A stretch of DNA of 25,906 nucleotides from a virus (Duplodnaviria > Caudoviricetes), in the IMG/VR virus record IMGVR_UViG_3300047561_000919, positions 1 through 25,906 of that record; one strand, 5' to 3'. Below the pieces are notes generated by a model. It did no database searches. It worked only from the letters and a program-made list of their open reading frames with translations, and was not told where the DNA came from. Position 1 is the first letter of the stretch. Every line of letters begins with the position of its first letter. Below are positions 1 through 10,017 of this stretch, piece by piece. The position numbers and the translations under genes were made by a program.

Positions 1-2
1 CT

Positions 3-323
3 AAAATACCTTCATTCCCTTTTTACAACGTGGTAAAATATGGAAAAGGTAAATATGGTCTAGAAATAGGACTTGCTGGATACAATAAAGAAAACGTTCT
101 TGTAGAAGTAAAAGACGGTATCTTAATTGTAGAAGGTAAAGTTGAAGATAAAAATATAGACTATGTTCAAAAAGGACTAGCTTATAGAAAATTCATTAAA
201 CAATTTGAGTTAGCATCTGATGTAGTAATTGATGAAGCTGAAATGGTTGATGGTTTACTTAAAATTAAACTTGGTTTTAAAAAACCAAAAGAAGTTGAAG
301 GTATTAAAGTAGAGGTAAAATGA
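3..323 (+). CDS. Small heat shock protein (Hsp20/IbpA-like), 5'-truncated by the window edge
   Basis: The frame is open from base 3 (KIPSFPFYNVVK, like the IbpA YPPYNI motif). It has alpha-crystallin motifs LEIGLAGY, GLAYRKFIKQFEL and AEMVDGLLKI. Confidence 0.9.
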   Translation, partial: KIPSFPFYNVVKYGKGKYGLEIGLAGYNKENVLVEVKDGILIVEGKVEDKNIDYVQKGLAYRKFIKQFELASDVVIDEAEMVDGLLKIKLGFKKPKEVEGIKVEVK

Positions 324-352
324 TGCCTTATAATTCTGAAGAAAACGATTGG

Positions 353-1786
353 TTAAATCCAAGCTTTTAGTTCTTCGCCCATAACTTTTGAGGCGATATC
401 AACTTTCTTACGGAGGGCATCTACGATTTTTTCATCTACGGTGCCTTCTGCAATAATATCAATATAAGTCATATTTTTAGTTTGACCAATACGATCAATT
501 CTAGCTTCAGATTGTTGACGTTTTTCTAAATCATAACCATTAGAATAATAAATCATAGTTGATGCACCTGTTAATGTAATTCCATACCCACCTGTTTGTG
601 GTGTACCTACAATAAATCTAACTGGGCTATCTGGATTTTGAATTAATTTAATTGCTTTTTGTCTATCATCTGTAGATGTATCACCATAATAAGTTACTAC
701 AGTATTATCTCCGTATCTTTTCTTAATAGCTTCAACGATAACTTCTATATCATATCTATAGTGGGCCCATATAACTGCTTTGCCTTCTAATTCATCTAAT
801 ACATCTAATAATTCATCTAATCTTTCATTTTTAAGAACTTGAATATCTCCATCATCAGATTTAAAATGACCACAAGTTATTTGATGTAATCTCATTAATT
901 GAGTAAGAACTGTAGCTGTTGTTGTTAACTTTCCATTTAAAACAGCAAGAGCTGTCTTTTTCATTTGTTCATATACTTTCTTTTGTTCTGGGCTTAATTG
1001 AACAATTCTTTTCATAAATGTTTTAGGGGGTAGATCTAAACAATCATCTTTTAATACTCTATATGAAAATGGTTTTAATTTATCAGATAATTCTCCAAGA
1101 TTTCTATAACCAACAACTAAGTGAATCATACGACCTGATACATTAATTTGTTTTGTAATAGCATATCTAGTTTTAAATGAATAAAAAGATTGATGATCTA
1201 ATAACCATGGATCTAAAAAATAACATTGTGTAAATAGATCTAATGGAGATTTAGTTACAGGTGATCCTGTCAATATTCTTTTATATTTAACATCACGACC
1301 TACATTAATAATTGTTTTAGTTCTAATAGCTTCTGGATTTTTAATTGTAGTAGATTCATCTATTGCCATTAATGTCTTATGACAGCTTAAAAATTTCTCA
1401 GCAAATTGTTTTCCTTTTTTAGTAGAGAATGCTTCAACATTCATAATTAAAATATGAAGATCAAAACTAGATTGAAATAAAGTATTTAATTCTTTTTCTT
1501 TAGTTTTATTAATAGTTGCTTCCCACAATACTACTTTTTTATCTACATAGTCTGGCATGTGATTTGGAATTTCACCATCAAACCAATTTTTATACACACC
1601 TTTAGGGGCTACAATCAAAACTCCGTTAATATGACCTTTGTTATAAAGGATAGCAATATTATCAATAAGAACCTTAGATTTACCTGTTCCCATTTCCATA
1701 AAATAGGCAAATACTTCTTTGTCCCAAGACATTTCTAATGCCTTTAACTGATGCGCAAATGGTTTGCTTTTAAATTTATAATTCAT
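353..1786 (-). CDS. SNF2-family (SF2) helicase
   Basis: Walker A MEMGTGKS, DEST box, LTGSP, GGYGITLT and QSEARIDRIGQ (motif VI). Confidence 0.93.
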   Translation of the reverse strand: MNYKFKSKPFAHQLKALEMSWDKEVFAYFMEMGTGKSKVLIDNIAILYNKGHINGVLIVAPKGVYKNWFDGEIPNHMPDYVDKKVVLWEATINKTKEKELNTLFQSSFDLHILIMNVEAFSTKKGKQFAEKFLSCHKTLMAIDESTTIKNPEAIRTKTIINVGRDVKYKRILTGSPVTKSPLDLFTQCYFLDPWLLDHQSFYSFKTRYAITKQINVSGRMIHLVVGYRNLGELSDKLKPFSYRVLKDDCLDLPPKTFMKRIVQLSPEQKKVYEQMKKTALAVLNGKLTTTATVLTQLMRLHQITCGHFKSDDGDIQVLKNERLDELLDVLDELEGKAVIWAHYRYDIEVIVEAIKKRYGDNTVVTYYGDTSTDDRQKAIKLIQNPDSPVRFIVGTPQTGGYGITLTGASTMIYYSNGYDLEKRQQSEARIDRIGQTKNMTYIDIIAEGTVDEKIVDALRKKVDIASKVMGEELKAWI

Positions 1787-1798
1787 ATATTCTTTCTA

Positions 1799-1835
1799 TT
1801 GACAACTATGTACATAAAAGTATATACCTTGTCAA
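1799..1835. promoter_or_regulatory. Overlapping divergent sigma70-type promoters
   Basis: TTGACA on + (1799-1804) and on - (1835-1830), with TATATA (1821-1826, +) and TACATA (1812-1807, -) at 16-17 nt spacing, between divergent genes. Confidence 0.6.
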
Positions 1836-1840
1836 GAAAT

Positions 1841-2212
1841 ATGGAAGACAAAATAGTTTATGTAATTCAAGATGTACCAGGCAGCAGAATAGGCATGCCT
1901 AAAATAAATATTATTGGTGCATCTAAATTTGGTAAACTAAAAATATTACTACCGGAGAATGCTCAGGTAACTTTAAGTACAAGTCCTGTTGTTGCTAAAT
2001 TAAAATCTTTATTAAAAGATTATAAGCCAACAGATTTTTTACTACTTACAGGTGACCCAGCAATAATTGGTATTGCATGTTCCATAGTTTCAGATTATAC
2101 TAATGGGCTATATAAACTTTTGAAGTGGGACAAACAAGAAAGAATGTACTATCCGTTAGAAATTAACTTAAACCAGAAAGAAGAAAACCATGTCAACGAT
2201 AATAGACTTTGA
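1841..2212 (+). CDS. Hypothetical phage protein of the replication module
   Basis: ORF 1751..2212; the likely start is ATG 1841 (MEDKIVYVIQD), downstream of the promoter. It contains DFLLLTGDP. Confidence 0.75.
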   Translation: MEDKIVYVIQDVPGSRIGMPKINIIGASKFGKLKILLPENAQVTLSTSPVVAKLKSLLKDYKPTDFLLLTGDPAIIGIACSIVSDYTNGLYKLLKWDKQERMYYPLEINLNQKEENHVNDNRL

Positions 2213-2744
2213 AGAAGATCAAGTAAAATCTGTAACTCAGATTGATTCACCTAAAACTTTATCCGATAAAGTTTTAAGATTAAAAGAATTAGAAGACGAG
2301 ATTCAAAACGCAGAAGAAAGTATTAACAAGTTAAAAGAACAAGCACGAATACTTTCTCAGGTAGAAATACCTTTAATGATGCATGAAATGCATATTACAA
2401 AATTAAAGCTAAAAGATGGTGAGTCTGTAGAAGTAAAACCTTTTTACAGTGCATCTATTGTTCCAGAAGTTCAGGAACAAGCTTTTGAATGGCTTCGTAA
2501 AAACGGTCTAGGTGATATTATTAAAAATGATGTCACTGTTACCTTTGGTCGTGGCGAAGATAACAAGGCAGCACAATACGCTGTCCTTGCACGAGGTCAG
2601 GGATTTGAACCAGTCCAGAAAATTGGTGTTCATTCTCAGACACTCAAAGCAGTAGTCAGAGAGCGTCTCGAAGCTGGACAAGGGATGCCCTCTGATTTAT
2701 TTAAAACGTTTGCAGGTAACCAAACAAAAATAACTAGGAGATAA
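2190..2744 (+). CDS. Conserved phage protein with an N-terminal coiled coil (replication module)
   Basis: 184 aa; coiled-coil heptads, AFEWLRKNGLGDIIK and VHSQTLKA motifs; lies just upstream of the SSB-like gene. Confidence 0.75.
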   Translation: MSTIIDFEEDQVKSVTQIDSPKTLSDKVLRLKELEDEIQNAEESINKLKEQARILSQVEIPLMMHEMHITKLKLKDGESVEVKPFYSASIVPEVQEQAFEWLRKNGLGDIIKNDVTVTFGRGEDNKAAQYAVLARGQGFEPVQKIGVHSQTLKAVVRERLEAGQGMPSDLFKTFAGNQTKITRR

Positions 2745-2750
2745 TCGAAA

Positions 2751-3482
2751 ATGGAAACGAGAAACGAGAAGCAAGTAGCAATAAAGAAAGATGCACCATT
2801 ACCTTCAACAATAATGTTTGAAAGTGATGCACATGCAGGTTTTGAGAATGTAAAGCAAGGAAGTTTAGCTTTACCAATCTTAAAACTATTACAAAATGGT
2901 TCTGCTGAAGCGCAAAAGCGAAATCAAGCTTATGTAGAAGGAGCTGAACCTGGAATGTTACTAAATACAGTAACAAAGAAAGTTTATGATGGAGCTAAAG
3001 GGATAAGTGTTATTCCTTGCCATTATAGATTGGAATACCAAGAATGGTCAGACTTTGGAACAGGATCAGGAAGACCTGAACAAATCTATTCTGATAGTTC
3101 TGATATATTAACTAAAACAACTAAAGATCAAATGGGTAAAGATAGATTACCAAATGGTAATTATATCTTAACTGTTGGTCAACATTTTGTTGTAATAGTT
3201 GATAATGGTTCATCTGAAACTGCTCTTATATCTATGAGTTCATCTCAAGGTAAGATTAGTAGAAAATGGAATGCTATGATGATGTCTATCACTTTAGATG
3301 GAAAAAATGGTGTATATACTCCACCATCATTTAGCCACATTTATAATCTAAAAACCGTATTGAATTCCGGTAAAGGAAATCAATGGTATGGATACAACAT
3401 AGAAAAAGTTGGTCCAATACAAGATCCAGCAGTGTATGAAAGAGCTAAACAGTTCTATCAATCATTAGCTAACGGAAAATAG
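2751..3482 (+). CDS. Putative single-stranded DNA-binding / recombination protein
   Basis: 243 aa with a strong SD (AGGAG). Beta-rich with aromatic residues (LPILKLLQ, SRKWN, GNQWYGY) and positioned before the primase. Function is inferred from context. Confidence 0.55.
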   Translation: METRNEKQVAIKKDAPLPSTIMFESDAHAGFENVKQGSLALPILKLLQNGSAEAQKRNQAYVEGAEPGMLLNTVTKKVYDGAKGISVIPCHYRLEYQEWSDFGTGSGRPEQIYSDSSDILTKTTKDQMGKDRLPNGNYILTVGQHFVVIVDNGSSETALISMSSSQGKISRKWNAMMMSITLDGKNGVYTPPSFSHIYNLKTVLNSGKGNQWYGYNIEKVGPIQDPAVYERAKQFYQSLANGK

Positions 3483-3493
3483 TTATAACTTCT

Positions 3494-3515
3494 TGGGTGG
3501 TAGAAATACCACCCA
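3494..3515 (+). terminator. Perfect 9-bp hairpin with a GAAA tetraloop (terminator or RNA stability element)
   Basis: TGGGTGGTA-GAAA-TACCACCCA between the SSB-like and primase genes; there is no clear U-tract. Confidence 0.55.
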
Positions 3516-3533
3516 TATAAATAAGAGTGGGAT

Positions 3534-5048
3534 ATGTTAGAAAGATTTAAAGAAGTATTTGCTGGCTTGCAAACAGCGTATGGTCAAACCAAAGTTACAG
3601 AAGAATTTTCAGAGAACGGAAAACACGAAGCTAAATCATTTACAATAAAAAAACCAGTATCAGATTTATTATGGCAAGCTCATTTAGATGGGGCCGAACC
3701 AGCGTTGGGTATAGTTCCAATTAGAGAAGATAACAAATGTAAATGGGGATGTATTGATATTGATACCTATCCATTTGATCATAAAGCATTTATTAAAAAA
3801 ATTAGAGATAAAGATTTTCCTATGATTTTATTTAGATCTAAATCAGGTGGAGCTCACGTATTTTTATTTACCAAAGAATTTGTTGCGGCAAGTTTAATGA
3901 GAGAAAGATTAAAAAAAATAGCAGGTATATTAGGATATGCAAAAGCAGAGATATTTCCAAAACAAGATTACATTAGAGCTGAAAGAGGAGATACAGGAAG
4001 TTTTTTAAATGTTCCTTATCATGGAAGTAATAAATCAGTTAGGTTTGCATTCAATGATAATGGAGAAGCATTAAAAGTAGATGAATTTTTTAAATTATAT
4101 GATCGATATTCTTTAACAGAAAAAGAATTATTTAACTTGAAAATTAATGAAACAGATAATTCAGATGATTTTTTAAAAGGTGCACCACCTTGTTTACAAA
4201 CAATATTAAAAGATGGAATGGCTGAGGGCGGTAGAAATGACATGATGTATAATATTGGTGTTTACTTAAAGAAAAGATTTGAGAATGAATGGCAAGCAAA
4301 AATGTATGTCTATAATGAGAAATATATGAAGCCACCATTACAACATACTGAAATAACAAGATCTATAGAATCCGTTGGTAAAAAAGATTATCGTTATAAA
4401 TGTAAATTAGAACCTATTGTTAGTTATTGTAATGCTAAGTTATGTTCTAAAAGAGAATTTGGAGTTGGGGATGATGTTCCACCACCAGAGATAACAGGTA
4501 TTAGTAAATATCCATCAGATCCTCCACTATATTTTGTTAATATAGATGGTGATAGCGTTGAGGTAGATGATGTTACGTTACATGATCCTGAGAAATTTTC
4601 TGTGGCATGTATGAATCAAATATCTAAACCTATGCTTCCATTAGGAAAGATTATATGGAGAAAACAATTAGTTAAGCTATTTGATAAGTTACAAGTATTA
4701 GATGCTCCTGATTCTGCAAAAGTAGATGTACAAATAAAAGATCTATTGGCTGATTTTATTAATAAAGCACCAGGTAAGAAGATAACTGATATAATGAGAG
4801 GTTTGCCTTTCACAGAGGAAGGTTTTACTTATTTTAAATTCTCAGATTTATGGAAATATTTACAAAGATCTAAGTCATGGATATTGCAAAAACAAAGAAC
4901 ATTAAGACTATTAAGTGAATTATTTGGAGCTAAAGAAGAAAGAATATCTATAGAAAAGAAACTTATTAGAGCAATGAAGATGGAAACTATTAAATTAGAT
5001 AAACCAAATGTAAGACAAACAAAAATGAAAGAATCTAGCTTAGTATGA
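3534..5048 (+). CDS. Archaeo-eukaryotic-type primase (AEP/prim-pol) with a PriCT/PriL-like domain
   Basis: CIDID (DxD), RSKSGGAHVFLF (motif II His), GSFLNVPY, APPCL...GGRN. No Walker A motif was seen. Confidence 0.75.
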   Translation: MLERFKEVFAGLQTAYGQTKVTEEFSENGKHEAKSFTIKKPVSDLLWQAHLDGAEPALGIVPIREDNKCKWGCIDIDTYPFDHKAFIKKIRDKDFPMILFRSKSGGAHVFLFTKEFVAASLMRERLKKIAGILGYAKAEIFPKQDYIRAERGDTGSFLNVPYHGSNKSVRFAFNDNGEALKVDEFFKLYDRYSLTEKELFNLKINETDNSDDFLKGAPPCLQTILKDGMAEGGRNDMMYNIGVYLKKRFENEWQAKMYVYNEKYMKPPLQHTEITRSIESVGKKDYRYKCKLEPIVSYCNAKLCSKREFGVGDDVPPPEITGISKYPSDPPLYFVNIDGDSVEVDDVTLHDPEKFSVACMNQISKPMLPLGKIIWRKQLVKLFDKLQVLDAPDSAKVDVQIKDLLADFINKAPGKKITDIMRGLPFTEEGFTYFKFSDLWKYLQRSKSWILQKQRTLRLLSELFGAKEERISIEKKLIRAMKMETIKLDKPNVRQTKMKESSLV

Positions 5049-6577
5049 AAAGAATAATTATTCCAGGACCTCCAGGAACAGGAAAGACATATCATTTAAC
5101 CAATCATTATTTAAGAAAGGAGATTGAAGAATATAAAACTCCTACTAATAAGATTGCATATATTACATTTAGTAATGCAGCTACAGAAGAGGCAAAGAAA
5201 AGAATTGATAATATATTTCCTAACTATGACATTAAAAAAGATTTCCCTTATATATCTACTATGCATTCTTTAGGCACAAGACAATTGAATATAGATACTA
5301 ATACACAATTATTAAAAGATTCTAAATGGAAAGCATTTAAAAACTTTTCACAAATATGCAGAGATATGTCTTTTGAATCATACATAAATGATTCTGGAAT
5401 ACCTCAATATAAAAACAATCACATGAAGATTATTGAATATGCTAGAGCTAAAAAAATTTCAATTGTTGATGCCGCAATAGAATTAGATTTACAACATTTT
5501 ATTGATGTGTGGTTAACAGAACAGATTGATGCCGATTTAAAATCATATAAAGAACAAACAGGGATGATTGAGTATTCCGATATGATTAAAAAGTTTGTTG
5601 AGAAAGACAAGTGTCCCCCACTCAAAGCTGTCTTTCTTGATGAAGCCCAAGATCTGAATCCTCTGCAATGGGACATGTTCTTTTACATTGAATCAAAATG
5701 TGAAAGATCTTACATTGCAGGGGATGATGACCAGACAATATATACGTTTCAGGGAGCAAATGAAAATATATTTATAAATTTAACAGGTGAGAAAGATCCA
5801 AGAATAGAATCAAGAAGAGTTCCAAGATCAGTTCACAAAGAAGCTTTAAGTGTATTAGAACATATTGATAATAGAATGATTAAAGATTGGAAGCCTAGAG
5901 ATGCTGAAGGTAATGTATTTCATAATCAAACAATTGATAATATAGATTTTAATTCTGGACAATGGATGGTTATAGCTAGAACTAATAAAATGTTATATCC
6001 AATAAGAGATATTTTAACTTCTTTAAACCTAAGATTTACTAGTAAAATCAACGACTTATTACCGAATTCATTATTGAAAGCTTATAGAATTTGGGTAAGA
6101 TTAAATCAAGGAGCTTCCGTTGGTGGAGAAGAAGCAAAATTAATTTATGAATATTTAAATTATAAACAAAAACATGTTAAGAGAGGATTTTCAGAGGGAA
6201 AATCTTTAGAAAATGTTGCTTATGTAGATTTAGATGATCTTATGATGGATCATGGATTAGAAATATTTGGAAGTTGGGAACAATTAAATATTCCACAGGA
6301 AAGTAAATTATATATGAAATCATTAATAGCAAATGGTGATGATTTATTTTCAGAAGCAAGAATTAAAGTATCTACAATACACGGTGTCAAAGGTGAAGAA
6401 TGCGAAAATGTTGTTTTGTTTACTGATCTAGAAAAGATTATTTATGAATCAGCATTAAGAAATCCTAACCCAGAGCATAGATTGTTTTTTGTAGGTATAA
6501 CCAGAACAAAGGAGAATTTATATATTATGCAACCAACTGAAGAATATTACTACAACATAGGAGATCCAATCATATGA
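5045..6577 (+). CDS. UvrD/Rep-like SF1 DNA helicase
   Basis: GPPGTGKT, FSNAA, LDEAQD, GDDDQTIY, STIHGVKGEE, FVGITRTK. Confidence 0.93.
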   Translation: MKRIIIPGPPGTGKTYHLTNHYLRKEIEEYKTPTNKIAYITFSNAATEEAKKRIDNIFPNYDIKKDFPYISTMHSLGTRQLNIDTNTQLLKDSKWKAFKNFSQICRDMSFESYINDSGIPQYKNNHMKIIEYARAKKISIVDAAIELDLQHFIDVWLTEQIDADLKSYKEQTGMIEYSDMIKKFVEKDKCPPLKAVFLDEAQDLNPLQWDMFFYIESKCERSYIAGDDDQTIYTFQGANENIFINLTGEKDPRIESRRVPRSVHKEALSVLEHIDNRMIKDWKPRDAEGNVFHNQTIDNIDFNSGQWMVIARTNKMLYPIRDILTSLNLRFTSKINDLLPNSLLKAYRIWVRLNQGASVGGEEAKLIYEYLNYKQKHVKRGFSEGKSLENVAYVDLDDLMMDHGLEIFGSWEQLNIPQESKLYMKSLIANGDDLFSEARIKVSTIHGVKGEECENVVLFTDLEKIIYESALRNPNPEHRLFFVGITRTKENLYIMQPTEEYYYNIGDPII

Positions 6578-6789
6578 GTAACGACGCATTTTTTAAACAA
6601 ATAGGAGGAGCTCATTATAAAAAATATAAAATACAACCTTCTAGATTTATCAATGAAAATAAGATACTGTTTGCAGAAGGAAACGCAATTAAATATATCT
6701 GCAGGCATCAAGACAAAGGTAAAAAGCAAGATCTTTTAAAAGCGATTCATTATATAGAAATGATTATTGAAAGAGATTATAATGTTTGA
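6574..6789 (+). CDS. DUF3310-family protein
   Basis: QIGGAHY, EGNAIKYICR and QDLLKAIHY signature motifs. Confidence 0.85.
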   Translation: MSNDAFFKQIGGAHYKKYKIQPSRFINENKILFAEGNAIKYICRHQDKGKKQDLLKAIHYIEMIIERDYNV

Positions 6790-8722
6790 AGCACAGAAGG
6801 AATGGATTTGTCCAGAAAATTTTCCTAATCTAAAAGGTTATAGTCATGTTGCTATTGACTTAGAAACTAAAGATCCGGATCTTAAATCAATGGGATCTGG
6901 TGCAATTAGAGGTCATGGACAAATAGTTGGTATCGCTGTAGCTGTTGAAGGATGGTCTGCTTATTATCCGATAGCTCATGAAGGAGGTGGGAATCTAGAA
7001 AAAGAAAAAGTAATGGCCTGGATCAAAGAAGTTTGTTCTGCACCTAATATTAAGTTATTTCATAATGCAATGTATGACGTATGCTGGCTTCGAGCAGCGG
7101 GCATCGAGATTAAAGGAGAGATTGTAGATACTATGGTTATGGCATCTTTAATTGATGAGAATAGATTATGGTATTCTTTAAATAGTGTTTCATTTGATTA
7201 TTTAGGTAAAACTAAAAATGAAACTGCTTTAAATGAAGCAGCTCAATCTTGGGGAATAGATCCAAAGTCTGAAATGTATAAATTACCTGCTATGTATGTA
7301 GGTTCTTATGCTGAAAAAGATGCTGAGCTTACATTAGAATTATTTAAAGTATTAACTAAAGAAATAGAACTCCAAAAAATACAGCCAATATTTAAATTAG
7401 AAACAGATTTGTTTCCTTGTCTTATTGATATGAAATTTAAAGGAGTCCGAGTTGATGTAGAAAAAGCAAAATTACTGAAACAAAAGCTAACATTACAAGA
7501 AGAAGAGTTGCTAGTAAAAGTAAAACAAGAAACAGGGATAGACCCACAAATTTGGGCTGCAAAATCAATTGCCAAAGTTTTTGATAAATTAGGTTTACAC
7601 TACGAAAGAACTGAGAAATCATTAGCACCTTCCTTTACAAAGAATTTTTTACAAGAACATAAACACCCTATAGTCCAAATGATTGCCAAAGCAAGAGAAA
7701 TAAACAAAGCTCATACAACTTTTATAGATACAATTCTAAGATTTGAACATAAGGGAAGAATACATGCTGACATAAATCCAATTAGATCTGATGTTGGTGG
7801 GACAGTTACAGGAAGGTTTTCATATTCTAATCCAAATCTACAACAAATTCCGGCTAGGGATAAAAATTTAGGTCCTATGATTAGGTCTTTGTTTTTACCT
7901 GAGATAGGACATAAATGGGGATGTTTCGATTATTCACAGCAAGAACCAAGATTAGTTGTACACTACGCAGCTGAGATAGAACCTATTTGTTTTGATGAAG
8001 CTGTTGAAAACATTGTAGTAAAATTTAAAGAAGGAAATGTAGACTTTCATAAAACTGTAGCTGATATGGCAAACATATCTAGGTCTCAAGCTAAAACAAT
8101 TAACTTAGGTTTGTTTTATGGAATGGGTAAATCTAAATTACAAGCTGAATTAGGTTTATCAACTAAAGGTGAGGCTGAGAGTTTATTTAATCAATACCAT
8201 GACAACGTTCCTTTTGTTAAAGAGCTAATGACTTACACTTCTAGATTAGCAAATCAAAATGGATACATAAAAACTTTATTAGGAAGAAAATGTAGATTTG
8301 ATAAATGGGAAGTAGATGAATTTAAATTTGGAGTTATGTCTACACCTCTAACAAAAGAAGAAGCAGCTAGAAAATTTAAAGAAAATTATATTTTAAAATA
8401 TCCAGATGTAGTCAATGATGAAAAAAAAATGAAACAATTAGAAGATGAACCTAAAATTAAAAGATGTTTTACATACAAAGCATTAAACAAATTAATTCAA
8501 GGATCTGCAGCAGATATGACAAAAAAAGCTATGCTAGATTTATATAAAGAAGGTATTATACCTCATATACAAATTCATGATGAATTAGATATTTCAATTA
8601 AAAATGATTCTGAAGCTAAAAAAATTGTGCAGATAATGGAAAATGCTGTAGCAGATAAAATGTTAATACCTAACAAAGTAGATTATGAATCCGGTGAAAA
8701 CTGGGGACAAATCTTTGATTGA
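6782..8722 (+). CDS. polA: Family A DNA polymerase with a 3'-5' exonuclease domain
   Basis: Exo motifs IDLET, HNAMYD and YAEKD; TGRFSYSNPNLQQIP; motif A DYSQQE; motif B KTINLGLFYG; motif C QIHDEL. The likely start is ATG 6782. Confidence 0.96.
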   Translation: MFEAQKEWICPENFPNLKGYSHVAIDLETKDPDLKSMGSGAIRGHGQIVGIAVAVEGWSAYYPIAHEGGGNLEKEKVMAWIKEVCSAPNIKLFHNAMYDVCWLRAAGIEIKGEIVDTMVMASLIDENRLWYSLNSVSFDYLGKTKNETALNEAAQSWGIDPKSEMYKLPAMYVGSYAEKDAELTLELFKVLTKEIELQKIQPIFKLETDLFPCLIDMKFKGVRVDVEKAKLLKQKLTLQEEELLVKVKQETGIDPQIWAAKSIAKVFDKLGLHYERTEKSLAPSFTKNFLQEHKHPIVQMIAKAREINKAHTTFIDTILRFEHKGRIHADINPIRSDVGGTVTGRFSYSNPNLQQIPARDKNLGPMIRSLFLPEIGHKWGCFDYSQQEPRLVVHYAAEIEPICFDEAVENIVVKFKEGNVDFHKTVADMANISRSQAKTINLGLFYGMGKSKLQAELGLSTKGEAESLFNQYHDNVPFVKELMTYTSRLANQNGYIKTLLGRKCRFDKWEVDEFKFGVMSTPLTKEEAARKFKENYILKYPDVVNDEKKMKQLEDEPKIKRCFTYKALNKLIQGSAADMTKKAMLDLYKEGIIPHIQIHDELDISIKNDSEAKKIVQIMENAVADKMLIPNKVDYESGENWGQIFD

Positions 8723-8724
8723 TC

Positions 8725-9369
8725 ATGTCTTATTTAAATGCTAACATACCTCCATTATATTGTAACATAAGGAAGGAATATTTATATGATCTTAAACAGC
8801 ATCACGGAGAAATTGAAAATTGTGTGGTCTTTGGTATTGCGAGTATACCTGGCCGTGCAATATTATTTCATTGTTTACTTGAATCAGGTGCAATTTATTA
8901 CAGATTACCTATCAGCGCTTTTATTCAAAAAGGGTTTGATCGCAGAAACGTACCAGACCAAGATATCAATGATCTTGAGTTATGGAATTCATTTAGTTAT
9001 TTTCCTAACGTTATCCGCTTTGATTTTTTAAAAGGACAATCCTGTAAATATTTAAACAAAGGAAATACACATAATGCAGAGTATTTATTTACTATTGACT
9101 GGGCGCATCCAGATGTTAATATCTTGGATACAGAACATTCTGAAATACCTCACGAACATAAGTGCGGTCATGTTTTGGCTCTTTGTAACGGTAATTATGC
9201 AATTCAGCCTAACAATCGTATTTTGTGGAACGTGCCTAGTTTTACTACTTCACCATACAAGCCTGATTATAAAGTCCAGACTACGTATTGGAATGTAGAA
9301 AACAAAAATTGGGTAACAGAAGATTCTGACAATATGTTTTATCAAGTTAACGAAGTCAAAAAAGACTAA
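8725..9369 (+). CDS. Conserved hypothetical phage protein
   Basis: ORF starting MSYLNANIPP, with YLFTIDW, EHKCGH and QPNNRILW motifs. Confidence 0.75.
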   Translation: MSYLNANIPPLYCNIRKEYLYDLKQHHGEIENCVVFGIASIPGRAILFHCLLESGAIYYRLPISAFIQKGFDRRNVPDQDINDLELWNSFSYFPNVIRFDFLKGQSCKYLNKGNTHNAEYLFTIDWAHPDVNILDTEHSEIPHEHKCGHVLALCNGNYAIQPNNRILWNVPSFTTSPYKPDYKVQTTYWNVENKNWVTEDSDNMFYQVNEVKKD

Positions 9370-9414
9370 TCGTAATAACCCTCACAGCTGGATGCTGTAA
9401 ATCAAAAAAATATT

Positions 9415-10017
9415 ATGACAATGAAAAGTTTATTAATAAAGTATTTGATAGTAGCTTTTTTAGCATTTGTATTAGGTACATTTTTTCCAAATCCAATAGC
9501 AAAGAAAAAAACTGAATTGGCCATTATCGCCTGGGCTAAGAACCTGGGGTTTGGGCCTCCAAGGTTTGAATATCACAATAATGATGAGTTTGTCATATCT
9601 CTTAAAAAATGTATCTCCTACCTCAATTTTGAAATTCCCACAAGAAACCACATAAATACTGAACTAATCGTTGCTCAAGCTGTTGTAGAAAGCAACTATG
9701 GAACGTCAAGGTTTGCATTAGAGGGCAACAACCTCTTTGGTATAAGGATCTGGTCAAAAGAGGGTATGTTACCTTATAAACAGCCAGATTCTATAGAATG
9801 GCGTGTAAGAGTCTTTAAAAACAAGTGTGAATCTGTTAAGTATTACATAGAAATTCTAAATACAAAACAAGTGTATACAGAATTTAGAAAAGCTAGAGAC
9901 ATGTCATTGAATAGAGATCCTATTAAAATGGCAAAAGCATTAGATAGTTTTTCTACAAACAAAGAATATGAAAAACATGTTATTGAGGTTATAAATAAAT
10001 TAAGAAATAATAAATGA
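9415..10017 (+). CDS. GH73/Bax-like glucosaminidase with an N-terminal membrane anchor
   Basis: AQAVVESNYGTSRFALEGNNLFGI and a FSTNKEY motif (YxTD-like); hydrophobic N-terminus. Confidence 0.85.
   Translation: MTMKSLLIKYLIVAFLAFVLGTFFPNPIAKKKTELAIIAWAKNLGFGPPRFEYHNNDEFVISLKKCISYLNFEIPTRNHINTELIVAQAVVESNYGTSRFALEGNNLFGIRIWSKEGMLPYKQPDSIEWRVRVFKNKCESVKYYIEILNTKQVYTEFRKARDMSLNRDPIKMAKALDSFSTNKEYEKHVIEVINKLRNNK

Noticed and set aside
8300-8470. Intein or intron in polA
   Set aside because: Too short, with no C/S...HN-C/S/T termini, and the frame is uninterrupted.
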